Source: Bigelowiella natans CCMP2755
Taxonomy: Eukaryota; Protista; Cercozoa
Length of the DNA: 64,000 bases
Reading direction: 5' to 3'
Assembly (NCBI GenBank): GCA_000320545.1
Contig: ADNK01000512.1
Span: 1-64,000, forward strand
This document shows positions 10,661 through 22,287 of this stretch, piece after piece. The notes under the pieces are model-generated. The model was not told the DNA's origin and made no database searches. It worked only from the letters and a program-made list of their open reading frames with translations. Both the position numbers and the translations under genes were made by a program. How positions within the stretch are numbered: the first letter of the stretch is position 1; every line of letters starts with the position of its first letter.

Positions 10661-12261
10661 TAGTCAGGCCCAGGTTGGCCTGCCGATGCTCGCCCCGTGA
10701 ATTGCAGAAACCGTCTAGGCTGGAGAGCTGTGTCTCCCAAGAACAAAATGTCGTCTACCTGCTTCCCAGTGCTACCTTGAGTCGCTACCGCGGTCTCGAG
10801 ATCAACTACACTGCCTTGCATTCCTACTGTTTTGAGGCACGGCGACATACTCTTCCCGTCCCAGTAGTCCTTTATGGGTTTTCGCTGAATCACGTTTGCC
10901 TTGATGTAGGCTGATGCTTCTTGTGCATCGCCAGGCTCGTCGGTTACTTTGCACGCTGAGGTCCAATGTGGACTTGGAAGGATGCTGGATGCCATAGAGT
11001 TAAAGTCCATCGCAATCACTGGAGCAAAGCGTTCATATTTTAAGCACCATCGCTTGAGCTCTCGCTCGAGCAGCTGTAGCGTCTCAGCATTCTTCTCCCA
11101 ATACATGTGCCCCCCAGCAAATATGACCCCGACGTCCTTCTTTGGGTTACAGGGCTGCAGGGCTACGACGCCCGTTACTCCGTTGTGACTCCAGTTGTCC
11201 TTGAGGTTGCAGTGCTCCAGAGCCGCGCACTGCACGCACCTGAAACGCTTCTTTTTCCAGGCGATGTAGACTGAGTCGTGTTGAAAGCGGATTTTTCCTT
11301 CGAGCTCCTCACTGTCGCCTTTTGTCTTTCTATGTAAATATCGAAGAAATCGCCACGATTTGTATCCCCGTTGTTGCAACGCTTTTTCCACGGCGGCATA
11401 GTGGTTTTTAGACACCTCTTGGAGCACCAAAATGTCTGCTCCACAACGATCCAACTCGGCTGTTATCAGATTCCACCGATAGGGCCACCCAAGAAAATCA
11501 TGTCCGCCCAGCTGAGTAGTGCCTGTCAATTCCAAATGTTTGGGGGTGGGTGCTCCAGCATGTCGCAGACCGGACTCAGCACACCACTCCTGGCTAAGTA
11601 TGTTTGCGATGCGCAGAGTCGAAGCCCTCTGGTTTAAGCTTTCGGATTTTTTATCGCACGGTACGAACAGCCGCTCGCGGAGCGCAGCTCGAGTAGGAAC
11701 CACGCGTGAGCTTTTGCTTGTGATGCCCAGCGACTGCACCGCTTTTTGGCGAATCCCAAAGTACAGCTCGCGTAATTTCTTTCCATCCTTGCCAGGATTC
11801 TCAGCCAGCTTGCGGTATGCCTTTGTTGCAGCTTCCCAGTCGCCCCCCGCTGCAGCAAGTAAACCGGCTGACTTAAGCTGTTCGGACCTTAGCAGCTCCT
11901 CACTCCTGGACAATGTTCTGCTGAAAGGAAACTCACAACCTTCTGGAGTCGTCTCAGCCCAGTGTGTCTCTTTCCATATTAACTGCACAGCGTGGTCGTA
12001 CCAGTCGACCTCGAATGAGCTGCAATCCTTCGAAAGACTCCTCACTTTCTGGATTCGCCCTTCGTGTTTGAATGTGGCGCTCGGACCCTCACCATCTCGG
12101 CATTCCGACACCAACTCCAAAACGAATTTGACGCAAGGAGCACCGTCTTTGCTGAAACTTCCGAAACGAGCCTTGAGAGAAGGTTCGGAAGTACGAGCTT
12201 TCTGTTCTTTCTGGTTCTCGCCAACGGATGCTAGCTCTTCTTTCGTGGACTCGCTGTCCAT
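10306..12261 (-). CDS. Intronless EEP-superfamily hydrolase, CCR4/nocturnin/Angel/PDE12-like, with an RG-rich C-terminal tail (651 aa)
   Basis: Ordered EEP motifs: ANILSQ, LGWPYRWNLITAEL...ADILVLQEV, GHMYW, MDFNS, VDDILF, YPSDH. Single open frame, higher GC than the neighbouring genes. Confidence 0.82.
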   Translation of the reverse strand: MDSESTKEELASVGENQKEQKARTSEPSLKARFGSFSKDGAPCVKFVLELVSECRDGEGPSATFKHEGRIQKVRSLSKDCSSFEVDWYDHAVQLIWKETHWAETTPEGCEFPFSRTLSRSEELLRSEQLKSAGLLAAAGGDWEAATKAYRKLAENPGKDGKKLRELYFGIRQKAVQSLGITSKSSRVVPTRAALRERLFVPCDKKSESLNQRASTLRIANILSQEWCAESGLRHAGAPTPKHLELTGTTQLGGHDFLGWPYRWNLITAELDRCGADILVLQEVSKNHYAAVEKALQQRGYKSWRFLRYLHRKTKGDSEELEGKIRFQHDSVYIAWKKKRFRCVQCAALEHCNLKDNWSHNGVTGVVALQPCNPKKDVGVIFAGGHMYWEKNAETLQLLERELKRWCLKYERFAPVIAMDFNSMASSILPSPHWTSACKVTDEPGDAQEASAYIKANVIQRKPIKDYWDGKSMSPCLKTVGMQGSVVDLETAVATQGSTGKQVDDILFLGDTALQPRRFLQFTGRASAGQPGPDYPSDHQAVCLEFSIDLAKPSVPADFKPGDQRQADGDTLPVKCFFEFNENRQERAQSKHGRGRSGRGSGHANGSRRGRARRRWGRSGCANGHATQSRRGRARQPERGSGHDLAASFNVI

Positions 12262-12898
12262 CGGGCCAATTGTTATTGAGAAAGGGCTGATGCGGGATGT
12301 ATCTTGATGCTAGTGATGCGGTAGTCCGTTCGTTCTGATGCAGAAATCAACACGAAATGAGCTAAACACTCAGAATACATTCTCACGCGACATTAAAAAA
12401 AATCGATCGTCATTTTCATGACGTGTTTCTCCTCCTACATTGGTTGGGGGTTTTGTCTTTTGGCAGGGAAACATCTCCCACTTGCAGAACAACATGTACT
12501 CGGCGCGGGCGGGTCCGAGAAGGGCAGAAGGGTTACCGCATCATTCATTTCAGCCCCATCGCTGGGGTTCCGATGTTGTTTTCGGTCGTACATTCTTGTC
12601 GCGCCCTTCAGAGCGACGGAGAGATGGTTCGGCTAATCGACCTAACTCTTGCATTTGAAAGTCTGAAATGATGAAGCTACCCGCTGGGACAAGAATTTTC
12701 CCTTAAGAACTTTTCGGAACGTACTCGTAGAAACATGTTTCTAGAATAAAGTCTACGTATGTGAAGACGCTTAAGGGAAAACTTAGGCCATTTTTTCAAA
12801 AACGATGATGGTGAATTTTTGAGGGGCACCCTTCTCTTTCTCCGTGCCGATCATGTTTCGGACCGTTCACGCACACAAGAACCTCCCCGTCGACTTGC

Positions 12899-14511
12899 AT
12901 GAGCAACCTTAAAGCGTTCGCTGAGACTGCACTGAAGCGAATTCCGAATGGAGTCCGAGCACAGCGTGCAGGAGGTATATTCTCCGAGGCAGAAATCCAG
13001 ACTCGGGTCGGAAAACTCCGAGAGTACATGCAGCAAAATCAGATTGACGCGTGTGTGCTGACCTCGTACCACAATGTGAACTATTATACTGGGTTTTTGT
13101 ACTGTGCCTTCGGCAGGCCGTATGCAGCAGTAGTCACCCCAGATAATGTTACCACACTCTCGGCAAATATTGATTTTGGTCAGCCTTACCGACGCGGGAT
13201 GAGCGACAATCTCGTATACACAGACTGGCGAAGAAACAACTTCTTCCGGGGTGTGCGAGAACTTGTGGGGGTTTGTGATGGAAAGAAGGTTAGGCTTGGC
13301 TTTGAGGAGGACCATCTAAGCATCGAGCGACTTAACACTCTACTGGATTTCATCCCTGAGGCGGAAGGAAATCTCTGCGAGGTTGGGGCAGCAACCATGA
13401 AGATGCGAATGACAAAATCTGACGAGGAGATCGAACTCATAAAAAATGGTGCACGTATTGCTGACATAGGAGGTGCAGCTGTGGTGGAAGCACTGCAAAG
13501 TGGTAGTGACCTCTATCTTTTTCTTGAAGAATAAGATTCTGACTGCACTTTTTTCAACGCACAGAAGCCGGCATTCCTGAACATGAGGTCGCTATGCACG
13601 CGACCCAGGCAATGATTCGTGAGATTGCACGAACCTATCCTGAGTCCGAGCTCATGGATACCTGGTTAAGATCACTTATGATAAGATGTGTCAAAGTGAC
13701 AATAAAATAGGCTGTATTGCTGTATTCTATTATCTATGAGTCTCTCTCTCTTTCTCTCGCTCTCTCGCTCTCCCTTGTCCATTTCTTTCAGATTTTTTTT
13801 TAATTTTAACTCTCTTGTTCATATTGTCTTAGGACTTGGTTCCAAAGTGGCCCTGAAAACACTGATGGAGCTCACAATCCGGTGACCTCTAGGGCCGTAC
13901 AGGACGGAGACATCCTTAGCCTAAACTGTTTTCCTATGATTTCCGGATACTACACGGCACTAGAGAGAACTCTGTTCATGGGACATGCAAGCGATGAGCA
14001 TTTACGGGTCTGGAACGCAAATGTGGAGGTTCATGAGCGTGGACTCGAGCTAATTCAGCCTGGCGCAAAGTGTAGTGATATCGCGAAGGAGCTAAATGAG
14101 GTATAGTTTAGCTATTCACAATTCTGATTTTGGCTTGCAAAAACACACAGTTCTGTGCATCACTACTTAGAGAGAATGACAACAGTATCATACATGAGCG
14201 GTAATGGTTTCCAGGTCTTTCTGAAACACGGTTTGCTGGAGTATAGGACCTTTGGGTATGGACATTCCTTCGGCACACTCTGTCACTACTACGGTCGAGA
14301 AGCAGGTCTCGAGCTACGTGAAGATATTGATACGATACTCGCAGAAAATATGGTAGTTTCTATGGAACCAATGGTGACACTTCCTATCGGCCATCCTGCT
14401 GCAGGGGGTTATCGTGAGCATGACATTTTAGTAGTCAAGAAGGATGGGGCAGAGAATATTACAAAGTTTCCTTTTGGACCGGAAAAAAATATTGTGAAAT
14501 TGAACCAGTAA
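12899..14511 (+). CDS. Creatinase (creatine amidinohydrolase, M24 pita-bread fold); exons 12899-13502, 13565-13664, 13833-14100, 14215-14511
   Basis: Creatinase signatures SYHNVNYYTGFLYCAFGRPY, SANIDFGQPYRR, YTDWRRNNF, ELMDTWTWFQSG..NTDGAHNPVT, LSLNCFPMISGYYTALERTLF and FGYGHSFG..HYYGREAGLELRED. Three GT-AG introns restore the frame. Confidence 0.93.
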
Positions 14512-15205
14512 TCGGTTTGAAGTTCAAAAAACAATATTCATATTATCTGCATATATGTATCCAAGTGTCAGCGTATTTCTCTGCTGAAATTGTGAGAGTT
14601 ATGAGAGTTATATCTTGAGGTACATATTATTACCAGGCTAGCACGTTGTAATGAATGTTGCCTAAGATATGAAATAGATGAGTACCTAGCTACCTAGCGG
14701 TTCTCACTTCTGTACATCAATACACCGCTTTGCTGCTCTTTCTCCAATGTGTGTTGTCACGCTTACATCAAATGTAGCTCACGCATGTTTGTTTCGCGTA
14801 CACTCACGTGTGTGGCAGCTAAAATAAGTCTCATCGGTGGTTGTGAGTCATAAATCGATGTGCAAATGCATAGGGTCCAATGGCGGCTAACAACTGCACG
14901 TGCATGGGATCACTAACTGAACACAAGTCCAGTGTGCATTGCCTAGATCAAATGTGTGCACGAAGAACAATATGTGATTCGAACTTCACAGTCGCTATGC
15001 TCTAGCCATATTGCGAATAAACGTACAAACACAATGCTGTAGTTGCAGGGCACATGACAACTGCACTCATGTACCAGAATCTCAAAGCTATGAATATCAG
15101 CTAGCCAGCGAATCAAAAGTTCAAAATTCACAAATGCTCTGATCTAGATTCAAATGTATGCACTGTAATCTGTTCCGTGTTGACAGTATGATTATGGGCT
15201 CGAAA

Positions 15206-18200
15206 TCAGAAAAGGTCTGTGAACAAGCTCGTGTAAGATGAAGCTAATCCAGAGGGCTTCAAATTTTCAGCTAGTTTACTCTCTTCTTTTTGGCTCCCAA
15301 TTTCACTATGCTTGAAGATTTTGCTGTTACTGGAATTACGCGAATTCGATTCCTTTTGCGGAACATGATACCAGTTCTCATTTCTATTAAATGCAATTCA
15401 CAATATTTGTGCACATCATTTTAAAAATGAGTCAATCAATATCAAAGAATGAACAAATGCTACTTTATCTCATCATTAGAAGATTTCGTTTTCGATCTTT
15501 TGTGCGTAAGAGGATAGTAATCCATATTTCGTTTAATCTTCCGTCCTTTTCGTTTGCCTCTAAATTAATAAATTAATAATCAGAGTTCATGGCAGAGATG
15601 TGGAAGAATGATTTTGTACCTCGGTAATTTTAGTGGCGTCTTTGTCACGTTCTCTATCTTTGATAGATTTCCTTCGAGATTCTGAAAATGACATCTTCAA
15701 ACTCAAAATGATAATACGACATTTTGCTTGCAACAACATAGATTGTGAAATATACCTTGAGTGCAAGCATACCAGCTTTGTTATGCTTGTCGTTAACATT
15801 TGCTGGCAGATAAGAAGATTATTTATAGCGGAGGTGATTATAGTGTTAGTGTATTACTTTGCTGCTTGTTCGTTTTAAAAATATATCCATCTAGGCTTTC
15901 CAGTTTTTCCAGAGAATCTCTTTCGTTCACTGAAGCAGATTCATTCTGATAATAGTTAGCTCTCTCATGTTCTAAATTATTTAGATGATGTATCTTTTGA
16001 TCGTATCTGACCGTGTTTGAATATAGTTGACTACTCCCACGCTTGTCTAACATAAAATTTGGCAAAACACTATCGTCTGACCAACTAGATAATTCCGGAT
16101 CTGCAAAGTCATCTGTTCGTAGTATAGAATTTGACATTGGAATTGCGGGTATATCTAATCTCGATTGGATCAGTGTCTTTTTATGTTTACTACTAGAGTG
16201 TCTAGTGGAATCTGATTCCTGGCTGAGGATCTTTGATTCTGGAAAATGGACGAAAGATTCTAATATATCGTATCCAACTATGTCTTCATAGATGATATTG
16301 ATTTCAAAGGCTTCCGATACGCTTTCATTTCTATTCACTGTTTTTCTAAATGTGCAGCCTGTACTACTGGACTTAAATCTTCGATGCAAAAGGATGATAT
16401 TATTTTGATTTCCAACGAGAAGGTGAACGTAATGTATATTACTTTGTAGGTTTGGACGTTCCTGAAGTACTTCAATGTGCAGATTCCACTCAATAGAATT
16501 ATTTGTTGGGAGAAGATAGCTTTTTACTCCAAAGAGTGGAAGGTACTTCAATTTGGCTTTCAGTTGGGTACCAAAAGGAGGTTTCCTGTTGACAGCATCT
16601 TCGATTCGAAGTACGCCAGCACTCTCTAAATCTCGAAGAGTTGATATATTTGAATCTGCCAGTAGTGTGCACAGCTTTGGGCCAATATTGGTTAGCTGTT
16701 GCAGCTGTCTGCGTTTCTCATCAAACCACATTTTCATCCTAAAGCTCTTACGCAGTAAAAGAGAACTTTTAGCTGATTCAAAAGACTTTGACTTTGATAG
16801 CAGGAATTCAGATACGCAATTTAATATTCGTGATCCTACCTTAAATATAGATTCAACATCCATTTTTAAGTCCCAATTTTCAATTTTTTCTCCACTTAGC
16901 GCGATTTGAGTAAGAATGTATATTTTGTCCTCGATAGCTTTAACCTTTCCCTTCATTGGATATCTTATTCGCTTATAGCGTTCCGATGTTGATTTCTTTT
17001 TGGAACCTTTATTGCAACCGTTAAGCCAGCCCTTCTCTCCCATACGAATTCGAAGGTTTTGTTTATATTCTTCAGCTTGTGCAACTAATCGAAGCAAAGT
17101 CGGTACTTCTATCCTTGAACCTATGCTTGAAATAGACTCTACTGTCTCATATCGCAGATAGAATTTTGACATGAGTCGTCCGAGCTGAGTACTTCGGATA
17201 CTCCCAGATTTTTTCGTTGTAGCTAGCTCAGTTTTTATGAGTCTTTGTAAGTCCTTTCGAACAATGTTTTCAAGAATATCCTTAACTTTCTTTGTGTTCA
17301 TCCCATAATGTTTTGGGTTTCGAGTAATTCGTTCCGCTAGAAATGTTGATTTGATCCAGATTGTTGCATCTTTAACATTCTCAACAGTCCCAGTAACAAT
17401 TTCTGCATTCAGATGATCTATGATGTTATGGCGAAGATTACTTTCTAGGGGAATGTGTCCGTTTAATAGATTTTCATAGCACTGAACATTTTTGTCCTCC
17501 GTCATGATCACAGCTACACCCGTATTATCAAATTGAGGCCTGCCTGCTCTTCCAATCATCTGAAGGATGTCTTGTTTGCTATATTCGATCCACCCTTCAC
17601 TGCGGATGTATCTCTTTGTAGACTTCACAACGACTAAATGAGCTGGAAGATTAACTCCTTGTGCTAAAGTTGTCGTTGCGCACATAACCTGTATTCTTCC
17701 TTTCGAAAATAATTCTTCCGCAAGCCTTCGATCAGAGACCTCTATACCAGCTGTATGGACTGCAATTCCATATGGGATAAGTTCTCTGAGTGTTTTCGCT
17801 TTGACATTTTTGCACAATCTTCGAAGTAGGATTCTTTCTTCGGCTGAATCTACGAATCCTCGATCATATCCCTCACTTTGCATTTGGGATAAAATTGAGT
17901 TTGCAGCGTCCTCACAACCCTTTCTGGTGCTACAAAATACTAGCGAATGCATTCACATGCGTCAAATTTTGGATATGTTACCACTTAATTAAGTTACCTA
18001 AAGTTGGCAGCCCAGCAGAGTACTTTTTGATGGTATCAAAAAGGATATAATTGAGGTTCTTGTCAAAAAGAAATTGATTTCCCTTTCTATTAGGTTTTCT
18101 CCCAATGACGATGTGTTCTACAAGTACAAAATCTCAGTGCAATTAAACCCGATTAAACATACTTGTGACATTCTTATACCTAATGGAACAGGACGAAACT

Positions 18201-19488
18201 CATTTCCGAACACAAGCCTAATACCGAAATCAATCAACGTCAAAGTTTCTTTCGTGCCATGATAAAAAATCATAAAAGTCAACATCTTCGCGTCGAGCCA
18301 AGTAGCAATATCTTCAATATTTGGGACAGTAGCACTGACTATAAAGAAAATTGATCAAAAGGAAATTTTGAAGATTGATTTTACTAGTGTACCTGCAATA
18401 AATCTCATGTTTCTAGCCGCACAGGAGTCTGAATTATCAAACTTGAACTTCTTCCTCATCTTACATCGAGTAACGAGGCCTTCTGGAAGATGATTATCCG
18501 TTTTTCACTACCATCATAACCACTAAATTAAATCTACCTAGACAAGCTCCTCGATTTTCACCAATGATATGTACTTCATCTATCATTAGAAGACCTATAC
18601 TATCCATGAACACTCTAACAAGGCACCAAATTGAGTTACAAATTTTGACAAAAATTGATCATGCGGATGCTACTTATTGCTTTTCCATCTTCGGGTCATA
18701 GAATCAATTTTTTCTGGTGTTGCCACAATTATGTCCGCGCCTGTCAACTCTGCAGTGTTTAGCACTGTGTCCCCGGTAAGTTCGGTAACCTAATCAAAAT
18801 CATTTTGTCAACGTTATGGCACACCAATGAAGTTTGATCCATTGCAAATAGAGAAAAATATGAGAAACCCTTTTTCCTATTTTTGAGAATTTCATTTGCC
18901 AATCACGATACTTTTCATTTACAAGACTTTTTAGAGGAGCAATATAAACAGCTTTGCATGGGATCTTATCATTGTTTATCTCAAACATTTTTGCCATCGC
19001 GATTTCAAATATTACGGTTTTCCCTGTAATCACAGCAAATGATTATTCGAATTTGTCACTTCAAGAATACTCAGATCTAAAATTATTATTTGAAGCCTTT
19101 TTTGCCCTATACCTGATCCTGTTGGTGCACTAATAACCAGATTTGTATTTTCCTTGTAAGTTGATTCGAAACAAAGCGATTGCATTTTGTTGAAGAACTT
19201 GAATGGAAATAACGATCGGAAACTGGGAGATATGGATTCGTTAATTTTAACTTGACCATCCATTATGTCATCGTCAGAGACGGACATGCTGTTACATGAA
19301 TCAGTCTTTCCTTTCTCTTGAAAAGTTTCGTGAGTAAAATTCTTCCGAGATGCATTCCAAAAGGACTGGCTCGTGCATCTCTCAACCTCATGCCCAAATC
19401 TTGGGTTCGTTTGGTCACGAATTGCTTGTTCCTTTTGACTATCTTCCATTCCGTACCTCTCTATCATGAAAGAGTCTAGAATGGACAT
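15206..19488 (-). CDS. MER3: Meiotic Ski2-like DExH helicase MER3/HFM1 with Sec63 domain; many short introns
   Basis: FPFKFFNKMQS, ISAPTGSG|KTVIFEIA, AVYIAPLKSL, ELTGDT, ATPEK, IDEVH, RG..LE, SAT, FGNEFRPVP, LVFCSTRKG, ATTTLAQGVNLPAHLVVVKST, QMIGRAGRPQFD..GVAVIMT, HLNAEIV. Single helicase cassette (Brr2/ASCC3 have two). Terminal exon ends SLFTDLF* at 15206. Confidence 0.9.
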
Positions 19489-20022
19489 TTTGATCTGGTG
19501 AAATGATTTTTGTGGTTGTCTAATTTTGATTGTGCTCCGTGTAAAATCCGGAGAATTTTTAGTTCAACCCAGAATGTTTGCCTTTTTATTCAAGCGTCTG
19601 AGGATTTTGCAGAATTTGCAAAGGTGAATGTTCCGTTTCACTTTCCGTTGCTACAATTATTTGTCGCGTTTGGAAGTCATGACACGTTTAGCTGTCGACC
19701 AATCAGCTCGCGTTTGGATGTTAACCAATAAAATCGCCGATGATTATTTCCTAAGACGCCACATTAGTATATGTCGCATATCCAAATTATCAGCAATTCG
19801 CTACTGAAACACCTATGATCATTCACTAGATTCATTGAAATGAAATTTTGTAACAACATTCGCGCTCAAATCTTTCAAATTACAAGCCCCCCAACAACTG
19901 CATTTGTGTTAATCACCAGCCCCGCGACGTGTCAAAGTAATCCTGTTTCGAAATTAGTTCATGCCAACATGAAAGTTATTTTACATATCCTTGTGCAAAC
20001 CAATCAACAGTTGAAAAGTCTA

Positions 20023-20854
20023 ATGTCTCGCAGACGCAAAATAGCTCCGACATCTCAATACGAAAGCGATGACGATTCCAGCGAGTCACCATCAATATGC
20101 ATACCTAAGCCAATGATGGATTATTAAATTTGTCCAAACTTTTTGTTGATTTGGTTTCGTTTGTCTTAGTGAAGAGAAGGAACTGAAGAGCATGTTCCTT
20201 AAACTACAGCAAGCTAAAGCAAAGAAAAGACAAAAGAAAAAGCAAAAATTCCTCGATAAAATCTATGATTCTGTATCACAAGTCAGTAAAATAATTTTGG
20301 AGGAACAGAAGAAGGAAAAATCTCTACGGTTGACTATATTGTTTCTAAATCAAAGCTACTTTTAATTAACATCTCACCTTCACAATTTGAACTAGTGAAT
20401 GTTTGCAGAAAGGAGATAAAGGATGAAAGGCTGAAAAAACAAATGAGTCTTGCTAATTTTAAGGAAAATATTCACAGAAAATACATCAACGAAGTCAACA
20501 CTCTAACGACTGAGTACACCCAGTTTCTCTTTTCAAATGGAAACGAATTGGTATCACTAGTCAACGAAACCTGGACTCTCATTCAGAAGCTGAACAAGCT
20601 GCAAGAGAACCGAAATCAGGAGAGCCTACATTTGATGGAGAAATTCGAGGACATTGTGAACAAAGAATTTGAGAAAATGTTTCACCAGATGTCTTCCGTC
20701 CAACAGGTTCATTGATTCGAATTCTTTATGACATTAATCTAAAAAAATGCATCGCTTTCGATTAATACCACAGGGATCAATGGCTGAGTTGCTCCAATTT
20801 CTCCGAATCGCTTCTGGTTTTGCTCCAACTCCAGCTCTACTCAACACTGAATGA
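20023..20854 (+). CDS. Small (~200 aa) coiled-coil protein, 4 exons, divergent from MER3
   Basis: MSRRRKIAP...DDDSS|EEKELKSMFLKLQQAKAKKRQKKK...|VNVCRKEIKDERLKK...SSVQQ|GSMAELLQFLR...NTE*; GT-AG introns; helical, heptad-rich. Confidence 0.6.
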
Positions 20855-21844
20855 AGGTGCATCCGTCAATCAGCTTGCAGATTTTGCACACATTATATAC
20901 ACATGCGAAATATTTACGTGACAATGGTGCGCATGACCGCAAAATGAAACTTGCAATGCGATGCCAGAATGCACATGTCATGAACGTCATGTGAGCATGC
21001 AAGCATCATCTCGCATCTGGCTGCAGCAAGAAATTGCTTGATGCCACTTGCTAGCTTGACATGCCATGACACCTCTTTCGATTCAGCAACGCTAGAACGC
21101 TAGAACGTGTCTGACGACTGTTCAACAATTTCAGAATTTGAGGATCATCGTGCATCGAAATGACTCTTCATTTTCGCACATTGCTTAGATTGTGATAGTC
21201 GTGGCATACAATGATTTTTGAATTGCACAAGCACTGCTTACACGCCGTACTAGCGTAGCCAGCTAGCCAGCTATGCTAGCATAGCTAGACAGCGCCTGGA
21301 GCGTGATTTTGCACACAGAGGCCAACACACACGAAACACACTTTCATGTGACATGCAAGCGCACACATCTAGACATGCATCGCTAGATCACACGCTCAAG
21401 GTGCATGTGTGCACCTGGAACAGTGATCGAAGCAGGTGCCAAATGCAACCACCATGCATTGACATCCAATATAAAATCTGTTTGGCAAATGTGCACAATA
21501 ATTTCGCCCCAGCCACAACACAAATAATTTCATTTTTGATTCCTCACTTTGAGTTTGCACGATGAGCATCATTGCAGCTGCATCGTAGAACAATGCGAGA
21601 ACTAGATTTCTAAAACATTGACGCTACACGTGGAGTAACAACATGCTATTCTGAGGTTTCCCCACTTGCTATCCCCGAAACTATTTCGCTTCACTGAAAG
21701 CAGACGCTCTCTTACTCGCACGTGATTCCCTAAGTTTATGAAATACAGTGATTATCACGAAGAAAGGCATTACTCAATAGAGAAGCCAAAAGATAGACAA
21801 TTACAATATCATCACATCATCATAGAAGCATTTTGATTTATAAA

Positions 21845-22238
21845 CTACCGGCTCTTATTTACGGCGGTGGTGTCTTCCTTGCCTTCTCTTGAGAATGGCC
21901 TAGTTCCATTGCTGAGACAACAGCCCCAGCGACAACGATGATAAGAGACAAATTTCAACTCAACAAGTTATCAACCACATAATAATTTAGCATGGTTCAT
22001 GTAAAACTGCTGTGAGAAAACAAACTAATTCTATTACAGTAATCCTGTAGAATCATGATCTCTATTTGCGGTGCCGGTTTCGTAAAGTTTATTTAAGACT
22101 CCAGTCATACGAAACCGCGTTAGCGGTGGTGAGGATACTGGTCCCCTAAGTGATAATAAAGTGGAAGAACAAGGAAGGAGGAAAATTATGGGCAAAAATA
22201 TTATGAAAGGGTTAGCACAAATCGAATAAATATATAGT

Positions 22239-22287
<49 letters not shown>

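Noticed and set aside
10306-12261. EEP ORF as the APE endonuclease of a LINE retrotransposon
   Set aside because: No reverse transcriptase, poly(A) tail or TSD seen; motifs (W..R...I..E, HxYW, PSDH) fit the CCR4/nocturnin branch.
11519-12307. 262-aa plus-strand ORF, and similar antisense ORFs over the DENN, MER3, ankyrin and chitinase exons
   Set aside because: Antisense shadows of real coding exons with no motifs.
9365-12445. Possible terminal inverted repeats around the EEP island (aatgttgagaaaggaaac versus gtttctcctcctacatt)
   Set aside because: Similarity is too weak and there is no target-site duplication.
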